A stretch of 64,000 nt of DNA from Minisyncoccia bacterium (GCA_049997815.1 JBEKVQ010000006.1:2613-66612), one strand, 5' to 3'. Numbered from the stretch's first letter, positions 45,695-55,137 are shown. Notes: generated by a model not told the origin, from the letters alone. A program made the numbers and translations.

Positions 45695-47383
45695 ATGAAG
45701 TTAGAGAAAAAAATCTTCCTCGACAAGAACGACGACTTGGATAAAGCGGTAGGGCAACTCGTGGCCGCCGAAGCCGAGAAGGTTGTTTTGAACATTCCCA
45801 AAAGCTCGGTTTTGGCCGTATCGGTGCACAACTTCCAGGTGTTGGAGAGGGAGAGCGAAACGGCGGGTAAGGAACTGGCGATAGAATCGGTAGATGAGCA
45901 CGTTTTGGAACTTGCGTCCCTCGCGACCATTCCGGCGGTGAACCCGGTATTCAAAGTCAGGGAAAGAGCGGTAGCGGATATCTTACCCGCCGAGTCTGAA
46001 GAATTCGAAGTTGAAGAAAAGCCGGTGAAAAAGCCGCGGGCGAAGAAAACGAAAGCGGAAAAGCCGGAACCCGCCCCAAAAGAAAAATCCAAACGAACCG
46101 TCAAAAAGAAAAAGGAGCCCGTTCCCGAAGCAATCCCGATAATCGTGAAAGAGAAAGAAAAACCGCCCGTTCCCGAAACGTTCGAAGAGGTGATGCCGAA
46201 GCACGAGTTCAAATACGAGGAAAAGAAAGAGCCGGAAGAAAAGCCGGTTCGCAGGAAATCGAAGCGCGGAAAGAAGTTTTGGATAACCGCCGTCTCGGCG
46301 CCTGTAGTTCTCGTGGCGGGATATTTTGCCGCTGCATATTTCCTGCCGATGGTGACGATAAACATATCCATTCAAAAAACGACCGCGCCGTTTTCCATGA
46401 ATGTCGTGGTGGACAAGAATGCCAATACGCCAGCCGTAAATAGCGGAACGGTGAATCTTCCCGGCCAACTCTCGGTGGCCCCCGGAAATTTGATAATGGC
46501 GTTTCCGGCGACCGGAAGTTCTACCGTAGGCACGAAAGCGAGCGGAATGATGACCGTTCACAATGATTACAACCAGAATCAAACTCTCGTGGCGACAACG
46601 CGATTCGAATCGCCCGATGGGAAGATTTTCCGGTTGGTGAAGCAGATATCGATACCGAAAGGCAAATCAGCGGACGCGCAGGTGGTTGCGGACCAGAACG
46701 GCTCCGACTATAACGTTCCGGCCGCTTCGCATTGGAATATTCCGGGACTTAAAGGAAAACCTCAATACGACAAGATCTATGGAGAATCTAAAGTATCTAT
46801 GGCCGGTGGGGCATCCGGAAATCAGCTCGTACCGACGTCGCAAGACATAACGCAGGGGAAAACGAAAATCGAAGCCGCGCTTCTGGATGTTCTGAAAAGC
46901 AAAACCTTGATATTGAGTTCGCAGAATTTCAAGCTTTTGAACGGTGCTTCGGCTTTCACCGTAACGAGCACGCCAAACCAGATGGTAGATAAGGACGGCA
47001 ATTTCAGTATTTTTTCAACAGGGGAGTTGAGACAAATGGTTTTTGACGAAGGTATGCTGAAGAACGCTATCGTTGGGTATGTTGCCACGTCGACTGCTTC
47101 TTCCACGGACGTGAAGATAGACGATTTTTCCATAAGCTATGCGACGAGTACGGCCGACCTAGTGAACGGCAAACTCACGTTTTCGGTGAGCGGGACGGTG
47201 GTATACGAACCGAAGATAGATTTTGACGTTTTCAAGAAAAGCATCGCGGGCTTGGATTCGGATTCATTGAAGATGGTAATCTTCGCCCTGCCGGGGCTCC
47301 AAAAAGCCAATATCTCCTTCTGGCCGTTCTGGGTCAACTCGGTGCCTAACCGCGAATCCAGAGTGAACATGGTAGTGGAGTAA
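45695..47383 (+). CDS. Hypothetical bitopic membrane protein. N-terminal cytoplasmic domain, Lys/Glu/Pro-rich linker, one TM, large extracytoplasmic beta-rich domain.
   Basis: KE-rich low-complexity 100-200 aa region. TM FWITAVSAPVVLVAGYFAAAYFLPMV. Confidence 0.35.
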   Translation: MKLEKKIFLDKNDDLDKAVGQLVAAEAEKVVLNIPKSSVLAVSVHNFQVLERESETAGKELAIESVDEHVLELASLATIPAVNPVFKVRERAVADILPAESEEFEVEEKPVKKPRAKKTKAEKPEPAPKEKSKRTVKKKKEPVPEAIPIIVKEKEKPPVPETFEEVMPKHEFKYEEKKEPEEKPVRRKSKRGKKFWITAVSAPVVLVAGYFAAAYFLPMVTINISIQKTTAPFSMNVVVDKNANTPAVNSGTVNLPGQLSVAPGNLIMAFPATGSSTVGTKASGMMTVHNDYNQNQTLVATTRFESPDGKIFRLVKQISIPKGKSADAQVVADQNGSDYNVPAASHWNIPGLKGKPQYDKIYGESKVSMAGGASGNQLVPTSQDITQGKTKIEAALLDVLKSKTLILSSQNFKLLNGASAFTVTSTPNQMVDKDGNFSIFSTGELRQMVFDEGMLKNAIVGYVATSTASSTDVKIDDFSISYATSTADLVNGKLTFSVSGTVVYEPKIDFDVFKKSIAGLDSDSLKMVIFALPGLQKANISFWPFWVNSVPNRESRVNMVVE

Positions 47384-47388
47384 AAACA

Positions 47389-47417
47389 TTGACATTTTTC
47401 CTGGATTTTCTTAAACT
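47389..47417 (+). promoter_or_regulatory. Sigma70-like promoter upstream of the infA-rpmJ-rpsM-rpsK-rpsD-rpoA-rplQ cluster
   Basis: TTGACA, 17-nt spacer, TAAACT. Confidence 0.4.
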
Positions 47418-47426
47418 AAGCTCTGT

Positions 47427-47660
47427 TTGTTAATGGAAAATAAGCCTTTGGTTAGGATTGAGGGAGTGGCGGAAGAGGCCTTGCCGGGTTTGCTTTTCCG
47501 CGTCAAGGTCCGATTGGAGAACGGCGAGGAAAAGAACATTCTGGCGCATCCGGCCGGTAAACTCAAGATTAACCGGATCCGCGTCATTCCGGGCGACCGG
47601 GTGATAGTGGAGATGGCAAATATTCTGGACAAACGTGGGAGAATAGTGCGAAGATTGTAG
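47427..47660 (+). CDS. infA: Translation initiation factor IF-1
   Basis: [19 protein letters not shown]...[28 protein letters not shown]1-like fold signature. Confidence 0.8.
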   Translation: MLMENKPLVRIEGVAEEALPGLLFRVKVRLENGEEKNILAHPAGKLKINRIRVIPGDRVIVEMANILDKRGRIVRRL

Positions 47661-47665
47661 AACTT

Positions 47666-47782
47666 ATGAAAGTAAGGGCTTCGGTAAAAAAGATATGCAG
47701 CAATTGCAAAACCGTCCGCCGAAAAGGACGGGTTTACGTCATTTGTAGCAAGAATCCGAGGCATAAACAGAGACAAGGCTAA
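47666..47782 (+). CDS. rpmJ: 50S ribosomal protein L36
   Basis: Hand-translated 38 aa [38 protein letters not shown]. Below the ORF-track length cutoff. Confidence 0.8.
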   Translation: MKVRASVKKICSNCKTVRRKGRVYVICSKNPRHKQRQG

Positions 47783-47783
47783 G

Positions 47784-48167
47784 ATGAGAATTTCCGGCGT
47801 AAACATTCCCGATAACAAGAAGATATTCGTGGCTTTGGGCTACCTTTACGGCGTGGGCCCGGCTTTGGCCGTGAAGATCCTGGAGGCCGCCAAGGTTGAC
47901 CTGCATAAGCGGGCCAAGGAACTGGCGCCGGATGAGGTGAACCGGATACAGTCCGTCATCGAAAAGAATTACAAGATAGAAGGGGAATTGCGCCAGACCA
48001 TCAAACAGAACATCAGCCGCTTGAAGGACATTAAGGCCTATCGGGGCTTGCGGCACTTGAGGAAGTTGCCGGTGCGCGGACAGCGGACCAAGACTAACTC
48101 TCGGACGGTGCGCGGAAACGTGAGAAAGACCGCCGGCAGCGGCCGCCGGAAGGTTGACCTGAAATAA
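47784..48167 (+). CDS. rpsM: 30S ribosomal protein S13
   Basis: MRISGVNIPDNKKIFVALGYLYGVGPALA. Basic C-terminus. Confidence 0.85.
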   Translation: MRISGVNIPDNKKIFVALGYLYGVGPALAVKILEAAKVDLHKRAKELAPDEVNRIQSVIEKNYKIEGELRQTIKQNISRLKDIKAYRGLRHLRKLPVRGQRTKTNSRTVRGNVRKTAGSGRRKVDLK

Positions 48168-48174
48168 TATTAAA

Positions 48175-48627
48175 ATGGGAAAAAAGAAAGTCGCTCAAAA
48201 ATCAAAGAATGAAACGATAAAGGAAGCCGAATCCACGGATAAGGCCGCTTCGAAGCAGGCCGCGTCCGTTCCGAAGCAGCGCTGGGAGAACGGCCGAATT
48301 TATATTCAGGCGACCTACAACAACACCATCATTACCGTGACCGACGATAAAGGGGCGGTGATAACCTGGATGTCCGCGGGTTCATTGGGCTTTTCCGGCC
48401 CTAAGAAAGCGACGCCCTTCGCTGCTTCGAAGGTGGCTGAGGCAATTTCACAAAAGATAGAGAAATCGGGCCCGGTGAACGTGGAAATCATGGTTCGCGG
48501 CGTGGGCAGCGGCCGGGATTCGGCGATTCGCTCGCTCGTCGGCAAGGGAGTGAACGTTGTGTCGATCAAGGATGTGACACCGATACCGCACAACGGTCCG
48601 CGGGCGGCCAAGACAAGAAGAGTATAA
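48175..48627 (+). CDS. rpsK: 30S ribosomal protein S11 (with N-terminal Lys-rich extension)
   Basis: RIYIQATYNNTIITVTD..G..ITWMSAGSLGF.G.KKATPFAA. Confidence 0.85.
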   Translation: MGKKKVAQKSKNETIKEAESTDKAASKQAASVPKQRWENGRIYIQATYNNTIITVTDDKGAVITWMSAGSLGFSGPKKATPFAASKVAEAISQKIEKSGPVNVEIMVRGVGSGRDSAIRSLVGKGVNVVSIKDVTPIPHNGPRAAKTRRV

Positions 48628-48631
48628 AAAC

Positions 48632-49231
48632 ATGAGGCCTGTTAAAGAAAAAAAAGAAAGAGCATTAGGGATGAAACTTTTCCTAAAAGGGGACCGCTGC
48701 AATTCTCCGAAGTGCGCGATGGTGCGCCACCCTTATCGTCCCGGCCAGCACGGCCAGGCACGGCATTCCGTTTCCGATTTCGGCAAGCAACTTCAGGAAA
48801 AGCAGAAGATCCAGTTGCTTTACGGCCTGAATAACCGACAGATGATGAAGATGTTCCGCACCTATACCAAAGAAGAGATATTGAACAAGCTGGAGACCCG
48901 TCTGGACCACGTGGTGTTCCTTCTGGGCTTGGCCAAGTCGCCCCGAATTGCCCGCCAGCTCGTTTCCCACGGTCACATCACCGTGAACGGCCGGAAGGTG
49001 ACAATTCCCTCTTATTGTGTTAAGATGAAAGACACGATTGCCGTACGGGCAGAATCCCGCTCGGCCAAGATATTTGACGATATCCAACTTCGTTTGAAGC
49101 AGTACACCCCGCCTGAGTGGCTTAAGCTCAAAGTGGAAGAACTGAAAGGTGAATGCACGGGCAAGCCCCCGGTCGCGGGCGTCCAGCTGCCTTTCGATAT
49201 CAATTTAGTCGGTCAGTTTTATTCGCGTTAA
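48632..49231 (+). CDS. rpsD: 30S ribosomal protein S4
   Basis: KLFLKGDRCNSPKCAM and RLDHVVF..GLAKS..ARQLVSHGHI (S4 domain). Confidence 0.85.
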   Translation: MRPVKEKKERALGMKLFLKGDRCNSPKCAMVRHPYRPGQHGQARHSVSDFGKQLQEKQKIQLLYGLNNRQMMKMFRTYTKEEILNKLETRLDHVVFLLGLAKSPRIARQLVSHGHITVNGRKVTIPSYCVKMKDTIAVRAESRSAKIFDDIQLRLKQYTPPEWLKLKVEELKGECTGKPPVAGVQLPFDINLVGQFYSR

Positions 49232-49242
49232 ATTCAAAAAAT

Positions 49243-49983
49243 ATGAAATATTCCCATTTAAGCGAAGCGGTCACAATTAAGAAGGTTTCCGAAAAAGATA
49301 ACGTCGGCGTTTTTCACATTGAAGGCCTCTATACCGGTTACGGCGTAACCTTGGGGAACGCTTTCCGCAGGGTTCTGCTCTCGTCCCTGCCTGGAGCGGC
49401 CATTACCCAGATAAAGATAAAGAACGTAGAGCACGAATTTTCCACCCTCCCCGGAATGATGGAGGATATCGTGGAATTCACGCTGAATTTGAAGAAGGTG
49501 CGTTTCCATTTCGATGCCGACGAGCCGCAGACCCTGAAACTCCACGTAAAGGGTGAGCACGAGGTGAAGGCGGAAAATATTGAGTCCACGACGCTCGTTC
49601 AGGTCATAAATAAAGACATGCATTTGGCGACGCTCACGAAAAAAGCGGCGGACCTGGATATGGAAATCACAGTTGAAAAAGGTTTGGGCTACGTAATGTC
49701 CGAATCCAGAAAAATGGAACGGCTCTCGGTCGGCACCATCGTCTTGGACGCGATCTTTTCTCCGATCGTCCGCGTTTCTTTCCACTCGGAAGACATGCGG
49801 GTGGGGGACAGAACCGATTATAACCGCCTTAAGCTTGAGATAGAGACCGACGGCTCCGTGAGCCCCTCCGAAGCGCTCCACAAGGCCTCGAATATTTTGA
49901 AGGACCACTTTGAAAAAACGGCGGCGGGAGTGGAAGTGACTCCGGTTCTGAGAGAAGGAAAGACCGAAAAGAAAAAGAAGTAA
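49243..49983 (+). CDS. rpoA: DNA-directed RNA polymerase alpha subunit, N-terminal (assembly) domain only. No alpha-CTD is encoded.
   Basis: GVTLGNAFRRVLLSSLPGAAIT and DIVEFTLNLKKV alpha-NTD motifs. The protein ends at ~246 aa with a Lys-rich tail, and rplQ follows immediately. Confidence 0.75.
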   Translation: MKYSHLSEAVTIKKVSEKDNVGVFHIEGLYTGYGVTLGNAFRRVLLSSLPGAAITQIKIKNVEHEFSTLPGMMEDIVEFTLNLKKVRFHFDADEPQTLKLHVKGEHEVKAENIESTTLVQVINKDMHLATLTKKAADLDMEITVEKGLGYVMSESRKMERLSVGTIVLDAIFSPIVRVSFHSEDMRVGDRTDYNRLKLEIETDGSVSPSEALHKASNILKDHFEKTAAGVEVTPVLREGKTEKKKK

Positions 49984-49987
49984 AACA

Positions 49988-50338
49988 ATGCGCCACGCCC
50001 ACAAAGGAAGAAAATTCGGATTGAAAACCGGTCGGCGCCGGTCTTTCTTGCGGGTGCTCTCGAATAATTTGATAAGCCATGGCCGGATATCGACGACCGA
50101 GGCGCGGGCCAAGGAGCTCCGCACTGTCGTTGAGCGTTATGTTACCTACGGCAAGCAGCAGAATTTAGCCGGCTTGAAGCTGCTTTTGAAAAATCTGCCG
50201 AAGACGGCAGCTTACAAGGTCTATCACGAAATAGCGCCGAAATACAAAGACAGGAAGGGTGGATACACCAGAGTGATAAAAAAAGCCGTGCCCAGAAAAC
50301 ACGATGGCTCGAAAATGGCGACGATTGAGTTCGTTTAG
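49988..50338 (+). CDS. rplQ: 50S ribosomal protein L17
   Basis: MRHAHKGRKFGLKTGRRRSFLRVLSNNLISHGRISTTEARAKELR. Confidence 0.85.
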   Translation: MRHAHKGRKFGLKTGRRRSFLRVLSNNLISHGRISTTEARAKELRTVVERYVTYGKQQNLAGLKLLLKNLPKTAAYKVYHEIAPKYKDRKGGYTRVIKKAVPRKHDGSKMATIEFV

Positions 50339-50342
50339 AGAT

Positions 50343-50684
50343 ATGGAATATACTATCGACGCAAAAAACAAAAAACTGGGCCGGCTCTCCTCGGAGATCG
50401 CCGTTATTTTGCAGGGAAAGAAGAATCCGAAATACAATCCGAAGTTTTTGGGCGATGACAAGGTTATCGTAAAGAACATCAAGGAAATGTCCTTTACCGG
50501 CAAGAAGACGGGACAAAAAATATATTACAAGCACACCGGTCCCTTGGGGCACTTGAAGGAAAATAAATTTGCCGACGTTTTCAAGAAAAATCCGGCCTGG
50601 GTTCTGCGTCATGCGGTCCGGCTGATGCTTCCGAAGAACCGCCTGAATACCAAGCGTTTGAAAAATTTAACGGTTGAAAACTAA
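50343..50684 (+). CDS. rplM: 50S ribosomal protein L13
   Basis: Start at MEYTID. KKLGRLSSEIAVILQGKKNPKYNPKFLGDDKVIV...YYKHTGPLG. Confidence 0.8.
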   Translation: MEYTIDAKNKKLGRLSSEIAVILQGKKNPKYNPKFLGDDKVIVKNIKEMSFTGKKTGQKIYYKHTGPLGHLKENKFADVFKKNPAWVLRHAVRLMLPKNRLNTKRLKNLTVEN

Positions 50685-51144
50685 AATGCCAACAAAATCC
50701 GATAAAAAACCGACGAAGAAGGCAACTGAATCGGCATCAAAAGAAAAATACATTGAGGCAGTGGGCCGCCGAAAGACCGCGGTCGCCCGCGTGCGCTTTT
50801 TCTCCGGCAAGCAAAAAGCCGCGAAGGCGCCCGAGGTAATAGTGAACGGAAAGCCTTTTTCCGCCTATTTTCCGACGGCCAAACTACAGAAGACCGTGCT
50901 TTCCCCATTCGGTGAGCTTTCGCTCAAGGAATATCATGCTACGGTCATAGTGAGCGGCGGCGGATTGAGCTCTCAGGCGGAGGCGGTTCGTTTGGGACTG
51001 TCCCGTACCCTCGTTGCCCTAAATCCGATTTGGCGTTCCAGACTGAAGTCGCTTGGCTTCATGAAGCGCGACCCGAGAAGGGTGGAGCGCAAGAAGTACG
51101 GCTCCCGAAAAGCCAGAAGGCCGCAGCAATGGAGGAAACGTTAG
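50674..51144 (+). CDS. rpsI: 30S ribosomal protein S9
   Basis: YIEAVGRRKTAVARVRF, GGGLSSQAEAVRLGLSRTL and C-terminal ...KKYGSRKARRPQQWRKR. Confidence 0.8.
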   Translation: MKTKMPTKSDKKPTKKATESASKEKYIEAVGRRKTAVARVRFFSGKQKAAKAPEVIVNGKPFSAYFPTAKLQKTVLSPFGELSLKEYHATVIVSGGGLSSQAEAVRLGLSRTLVALNPIWRSRLKSLGFMKRDPRRVERKKYGSRKARRPQQWRKR

Positions 51145-51289
51145 TTTCCGAATTGCTGCGAGGAAAGGGTCGGGGAAGGGCGGGAATTGAGCCCGTCTCC
51201 GTGTCGGAAATAGCTCTGCTGAAGCGAGCGTTTAGAAACCGAGGGTTTCTAAGGAGCGAAGCGACGCAGCATTGGAGGAAACGTTAAAA
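51120..51289 (+). repeat. Direct repeat of the rpsI 3' terminus. Copies of GCAGCA(A/T)TGGAGGAAACGTTA lie at 51120-51143 and 51268-51289.
   Basis: The second copy reproduces the last codons of rpsI (..QQWRKR* versus ..QHWRKR*), 148 bp downstream. Confidence 0.5.
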
Positions 51290-51295
51290 AACTAT

Positions 51296-51330
51296 CCCGC
51301 CAGTCCATGGACTGGCGGGATTCTTTTTCT
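51296..51330. terminator. Bidirectional rho-independent terminator between convergent rpsI (+) and the PEGA-like gene (-)
   Basis: Perfect palindrome CCCGCCAGTCCATGGACTGGCGGG flanked by A-run (5') and T-run (3'). Confidence 0.6.
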
Positions 51331-51347
51331 ATACTGTTGCGAGGATT

Positions 51348-52658
51348 TTATTTCAGAACGACCTCGGAGAGTGTGCCGTTGGATTTTAAAATATATAGAT
51401 TGTTCCCCTGGACGAAGAATTTTTTGACGTTATTTGCTACCGGATAAGTATTCTGCGGAGTCCGCGAATCAAGCTCGGTTAGGAGCAGATTGCCGTTCAC
51501 TAAAATCAGGCCGTAGTTGGGGTAGTCACTCAGCCAGGCGAAGTCACTTACGGGACCGTCCACGGGAGAAATTTTCCATTTTTCTCCTTTCTTGACTTGG
51601 GTGTCGCCGTAGTAATCGTCGAGAGCCGCGACCGAAAGGGTATTGTCCTTGAGCGCGAGAGTGACCCTCTTTTCGTCGGGCGATACGAAAAAGTCGGCCA
51701 CGTTTTTCTCCAGGACCGAAGCTTTATTGAGCGATCGGTCATAGACCGTGAGGTCGCCGTTATCCCCCAGGAAAAAGAGCATCGAGCCGCTCGGGGTGGT
51801 GCTCATCGAGGCGTTTTGAGGCAGATTCTCGCCGTAGGCGCTTTCGGTCCGGAGGAAGAGATTAAAAGCCTCAAGACCGCCACCCTTGTTCTCGAAAAAT
51901 ACCTCGTTATTGGAGAGAGTCGCGTCCGTCGTGCTCGCTATAGAAGCCAGTTTATCCATGACGGTTCGGGATGAATCGAATGAGTAAAGAGCATTCTTTG
52001 TAACGATGAGTATCTTGCCTCCGCTGAACGGATGGATGAAGAATCGGAGGGGAGCGGCGGAGCCGATAAGGTCGGTCAGATTGATCGGGTTTTTGGCGTT
52101 CGCGAGGTCCGTAAGGAAATAGCTCTTCCCGTCGCTCGTGATGACGAGGCCGGATGAGGGGTCGCTTAAAATGACTTCTTGCCCGCGTAAACTGGTGTTG
52201 CTCCAATTGATTTTTCCGCTGTCGGTTTGGAGGAGCATTCCCTGTCCGGTAAGCCAGAAGTTTTTGACGGAACTTGTGGTCACCGGAATGGAAGCGAACT
52301 TATCCGGCCAGAGTTTTACCTGGCTTGCGGCGGTAACTATGGATTCCTTGACGTCCAGATTCTTTTCCCACGGCAGATAATTCGCCCGGCTCAATTTTAC
52401 GTCGTATTCTCCCGGCGCGAGTTTCGATATGAAAACCCCGGTCGAAAAGAGTCCGGGCGAAGCATCACTGGCTTTTCCGTTTATTTCGATTGTGGCATCC
52501 GCCGGAGAGTACTTTAGGAACAGAGCGCCGGTCTTTACGATCCTCAGGTTTTTGAGGTCCAGAACCCATCCCTGGGCGTTTATGAGGAGGTAAGCGCCCA
52601 ATAGGATGAAGACCAGAATGAGTGAGTAGAAGAAGAGCCGCCGTATTTTTAAATCCAT
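51348..52658 (-). CDS. Membrane-anchored protein with PEGA-like domain and beta-propeller-like repeats (437 aa)
   Basis: Start at MDLKIRRLFFYSLILVFILLGAYLLI (signal anchor). GEYDVKLSRANYLPWEKNLDV is a PEGA-like motif. The longer ORF call to 53207 overlaps murA and is rejected. Confidence 0.45.
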   Translation of the reverse strand: MDLKIRRLFFYSLILVFILLGAYLLINAQGWVLDLKNLRIVKTGALFLKYSPADATIEINGKASDASPGLFSTGVFISKLAPGEYDVKLSRANYLPWEKNLDVKESIVTAASQVKLWPDKFASIPVTTSSVKNFWLTGQGMLLQTDSGKINWSNTSLRGQEVILSDPSSGLVITSDGKSYFLTDLANAKNPINLTDLIGSAAPLRFFIHPFSGGKILIVTKNALYSFDSSRTVMDKLASIASTTDATLSNNEVFFENKGGGLEAFNLFLRTESAYGENLPQNASMSTTPSGSMLFFLGDNGDLTVYDRSLNKASVLEKNVADFFVSPDEKRVTLALKDNTLSVAALDDYYGDTQVKKGEKWKISPVDGPVSDFAWLSDYPNYGLILVNGNLLLTELDSRTPQNTYPVANNVKKFFVQGNNLYILKSNGTLSEVVLK

Positions 52659-52767
52659 CGCATTAATAATATACCCGGTATTACAATCCCAATCAAAGGG
52701 GATGCTCATCTCGGTGGAAGGGAGGGTAATTCTATTGAATTGTAATACCGGGTATAATAGAGACGAG

Positions 52768-54087
52768 ATGGATGGGCAAATGGAGAACAATGAGAAGTTC
52801 GTGGTGCGGGGTGGGCGGCCGCTCGTGGGAGAGATAAAACTGGCCGGCGCCAAGAACGCCGCGACAAAATTATTGGTAGCTACTCTTCTCACCGACGAAG
52901 AGTGCGTCTTCGAAAATTTCCCGAGGATCGGCGACGTGGAAGTGGCGAAAGAACTTTGCGCGATTTTGGGAAGCGAGATAAGAGCCATTGATTCCCATTT
53001 GGTCATTCGGACGCCCGAAATAAAAACGACGCGAGTAGCATCTTTGCACCGCCGGAACCGAATTCCAATACTGGCCTTGGGACCGCTTCTGAACCGGAAA
53101 GGGGAAGCCGAAGTCCCGATAGTGGGCGGGGATAAGATCGGTCCGCGGCCGGTGGATATGCACTTGGAATCCTTGAAGGAGCTTGGCGCGAAGATAGAAA
53201 TAAACAATAATTTCTATCGCGCGAGCGTCGTGGGACGGCTCAAGGGAGCCGACATAGCCCTCAAATATCCCAGTGTTGGAGCGACCGAACAGGTTATTTT
53301 GGCTTCGGTACTGGCTGACGGGAAGACCACGGTTTCGAATTCAGCGGTAGAACCGGAGATAATGGATTTGATAAAATTCCTCCAGAAAATGGGGGCCATC
53401 ATAGAGCTCGGCACGAACCGGACTATCGCTATTCACGGCGTTCCCAAGTTGCACGGCGCGCGGCACAAGATATTGTCGGACCGAAATGAAGCGGTCTCAT
53501 TCGCGTGCCTTGCGGTTGCGACGAACGGCAGGATTCTCGTTAATGGCGCGGAGCAGGACCATCTCATCACGTTTCTGAATGACCTAAGGCGCATCGGCGG
53601 AGAGTACGAAGTGATGGGGGACGGGATACTCTTTTGGCGCGCCCGGCCGCTTACGCCGGTCAGGATAGAGACCGACACTCACCCGGGTTTCATGACCGAC
53701 TGGCAGCAGCCGTTTCTCACGATGCTCACCCAGGCAAGCGGCGAGTCCTCGATTCACGAGACCGTCTACGAGGACCGCTTTGGCTACACGCGCGACTTGA
53801 ATTTAATGGGGGCGGACATTAGAGTAGTAGATGCTTGTTTGGGGAATTTACCCTGCCGCTTCAGGGACAAAAAATGCCCCCACAGCGCGATAGTGAAAGG
53901 CCCGACGCCGCTCCACGGAGCGAAACTCAGGGTGCCGGACTTGCGGGCCGGAATGGCCCATATTCTCGCGGCCCTGATTGCCGAAGGGGAATCCGAGATA
54001 AGCGGCGTCTCGGAGATTGACCGCGGATACGAAAAGATAGTGGAACGCTTGAGTTTTCTCGGAGCGGACATCAGGAGGGTGGGTTGA
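52768..54087 (+). CDS. murA: UDP-N-acetylglucosamine 1-carboxyvinyltransferase
   Basis: FVVRGGRPLVGEIKLAGAKNAATKLLVATLL and GGDKIGPRPVDMH. Start at 52768 or 52780. Confidence 0.85.
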   Translation: MDGQMENNEKFVVRGGRPLVGEIKLAGAKNAATKLLVATLLTDEECVFENFPRIGDVEVAKELCAILGSEIRAIDSHLVIRTPEIKTTRVASLHRRNRIPILALGPLLNRKGEAEVPIVGGDKIGPRPVDMHLESLKELGAKIEINNNFYRASVVGRLKGADIALKYPSVGATEQVILASVLADGKTTVSNSAVEPEIMDLIKFLQKMGAIIELGTNRTIAIHGVPKLHGARHKILSDRNEAVSFACLAVATNGRILVNGAEQDHLITFLNDLRRIGGEYEVMGDGILFWRARPLTPVRIETDTHPGFMTDWQQPFLTMLTQASGESSIHETVYEDRFGYTRDLNLMGADIRVVDACLGNLPCRFRDKKCPHSAIVKGPTPLHGAKLRVPDLRAGMAHILAALIAEGESEISGVSEIDRGYEKIVERLSFLGADIRRVG

Positions 54088-54319
54088 TTTTATGCAACAA
54101 AACTTCCCCTCCAAAACACGCTGTCAAATCCCCCAGCGATGAATTTGCGCTCGCTCTCGGCCTCGCTCTGCCCTACGGGCAACCATGCCCGCTCGGCCTG
54201 CGAGACGGTTTTGTCGGGAAAGTTTGTCGCGTAAAATCTTAGGAGGGAATTATTGGTTCGCTACTACGATACTCGCTCTAAGCGAGTTTTCTTACATTTG
54301 TTGGGGTCAGTAGATTAGT

Positions 54320-54348
54320 TTGACACCTTTGTAAATTAGGTTTATAAC
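54320..54348 (+). promoter_or_regulatory. Sigma70-like promoter in an AT-rich intergenic island
   Basis: TTGACA, 17-nt spacer, TATAAC. About 145 nt upstream of the 54494 start. Confidence 0.4.
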
Positions 54349-54493
54349 TCAAGTAGGTATTTAAGAATTATTTGTTATTTGCATTTTTGCCCAGCATTTA
54401 GGGTGTTATATTTAGTACTTTAAATGCTGCGGCAAAAAGACCAAACATTCGCAATAATGCGTATGTTCAAATCCCCGTGGCAAAGGAGATTTT

Positions 54494-55111
54494 ATGGGTA
54501 CGATATCAGTTGAGCAACGATTCGCAGTTCTGGCGAAACTTGGTGAGAATGTTGATTGGAATTCGCTCACGAGAGAGCAGGTCCAAGTCGGCATTACCGA
54601 TTCGGAACGTGCCGGAAGAGAGGCAACGGAATTTATCCGAAACGGTTTTTGTCTTAACGATATATTCAGGATTATCGAAACTCTTTCTATCCCTATACCT
54701 GCATTATCTCGCCCCAATCTCGAAGAGCTCCAAGAGTTTTCCTCTTTGGTCCATTATGTTAAGAGGGATACCTCGCCAACTGAAGCGGTAGTATTGAATA
54801 TCGCAACCGTTCTACGTTCAGATGAAGATCAGATAAACGGAAGAGAGTATGAAACTCGCATTAACACGAAATCCAAACTCATCCTCGGTTATCAGCACGC
54901 TATATGGCTCGCTGAACATCAGGGCGAATTTCCGGAATTAATGAAACTTCTGGGAAAATCCAATATAGATTTTCCAGGGTTGGTAGTGGATGTGACCGGA
55001 GATTTGAGAGTCCCTTGCCTCAGTAAGCTAAATGAGCGTTGGTCCTTGCGCTGGGAATCCCTATGTAGTGATTTTGGTCAATCCGCACGGGTTGCATTCT
55101 CTGGCAAGTAA
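54494..55111 (+). CDS. Hypothetical protein (205 aa), orphan, within an AT-rich island
   Basis: Stand-alone transcription unit with its own promoter and terminator. No recognisable motif. Confidence 0.35.
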   Translation: MGTISVEQRFAVLAKLGENVDWNSLTREQVQVGITDSERAGREATEFIRNGFCLNDIFRIIETLSIPIPALSRPNLEELQEFSSLVHYVKRDTSPTEAVVLNIATVLRSDEDQINGREYETRINTKSKLILGYQHAIWLAEHQGEFPELMKLLGKSNIDFPGLVVDVTGDLRVPCLSKLNERWSLRWESLCSDFGQSARVAFSGK

Positions 55112-55137
55112 TAGGATTTAGTCTCGTTTTCGTTTGG

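Noticed and set aside
52659-53207. N-terminal 180 aa of the 619-aa minus-strand ORF
   Set aside because: It overlaps the well-supported murA on the opposite strand. A signal-anchor start (MDLKIRRLFF) at 52658 gives a coherent membrane-anchored protein.
54455-54480. tRNA-like GTTCAAATCC motif
   Set aside because: No complementary T-stem, acceptor stem or anticodon arm could be assembled on either strand.
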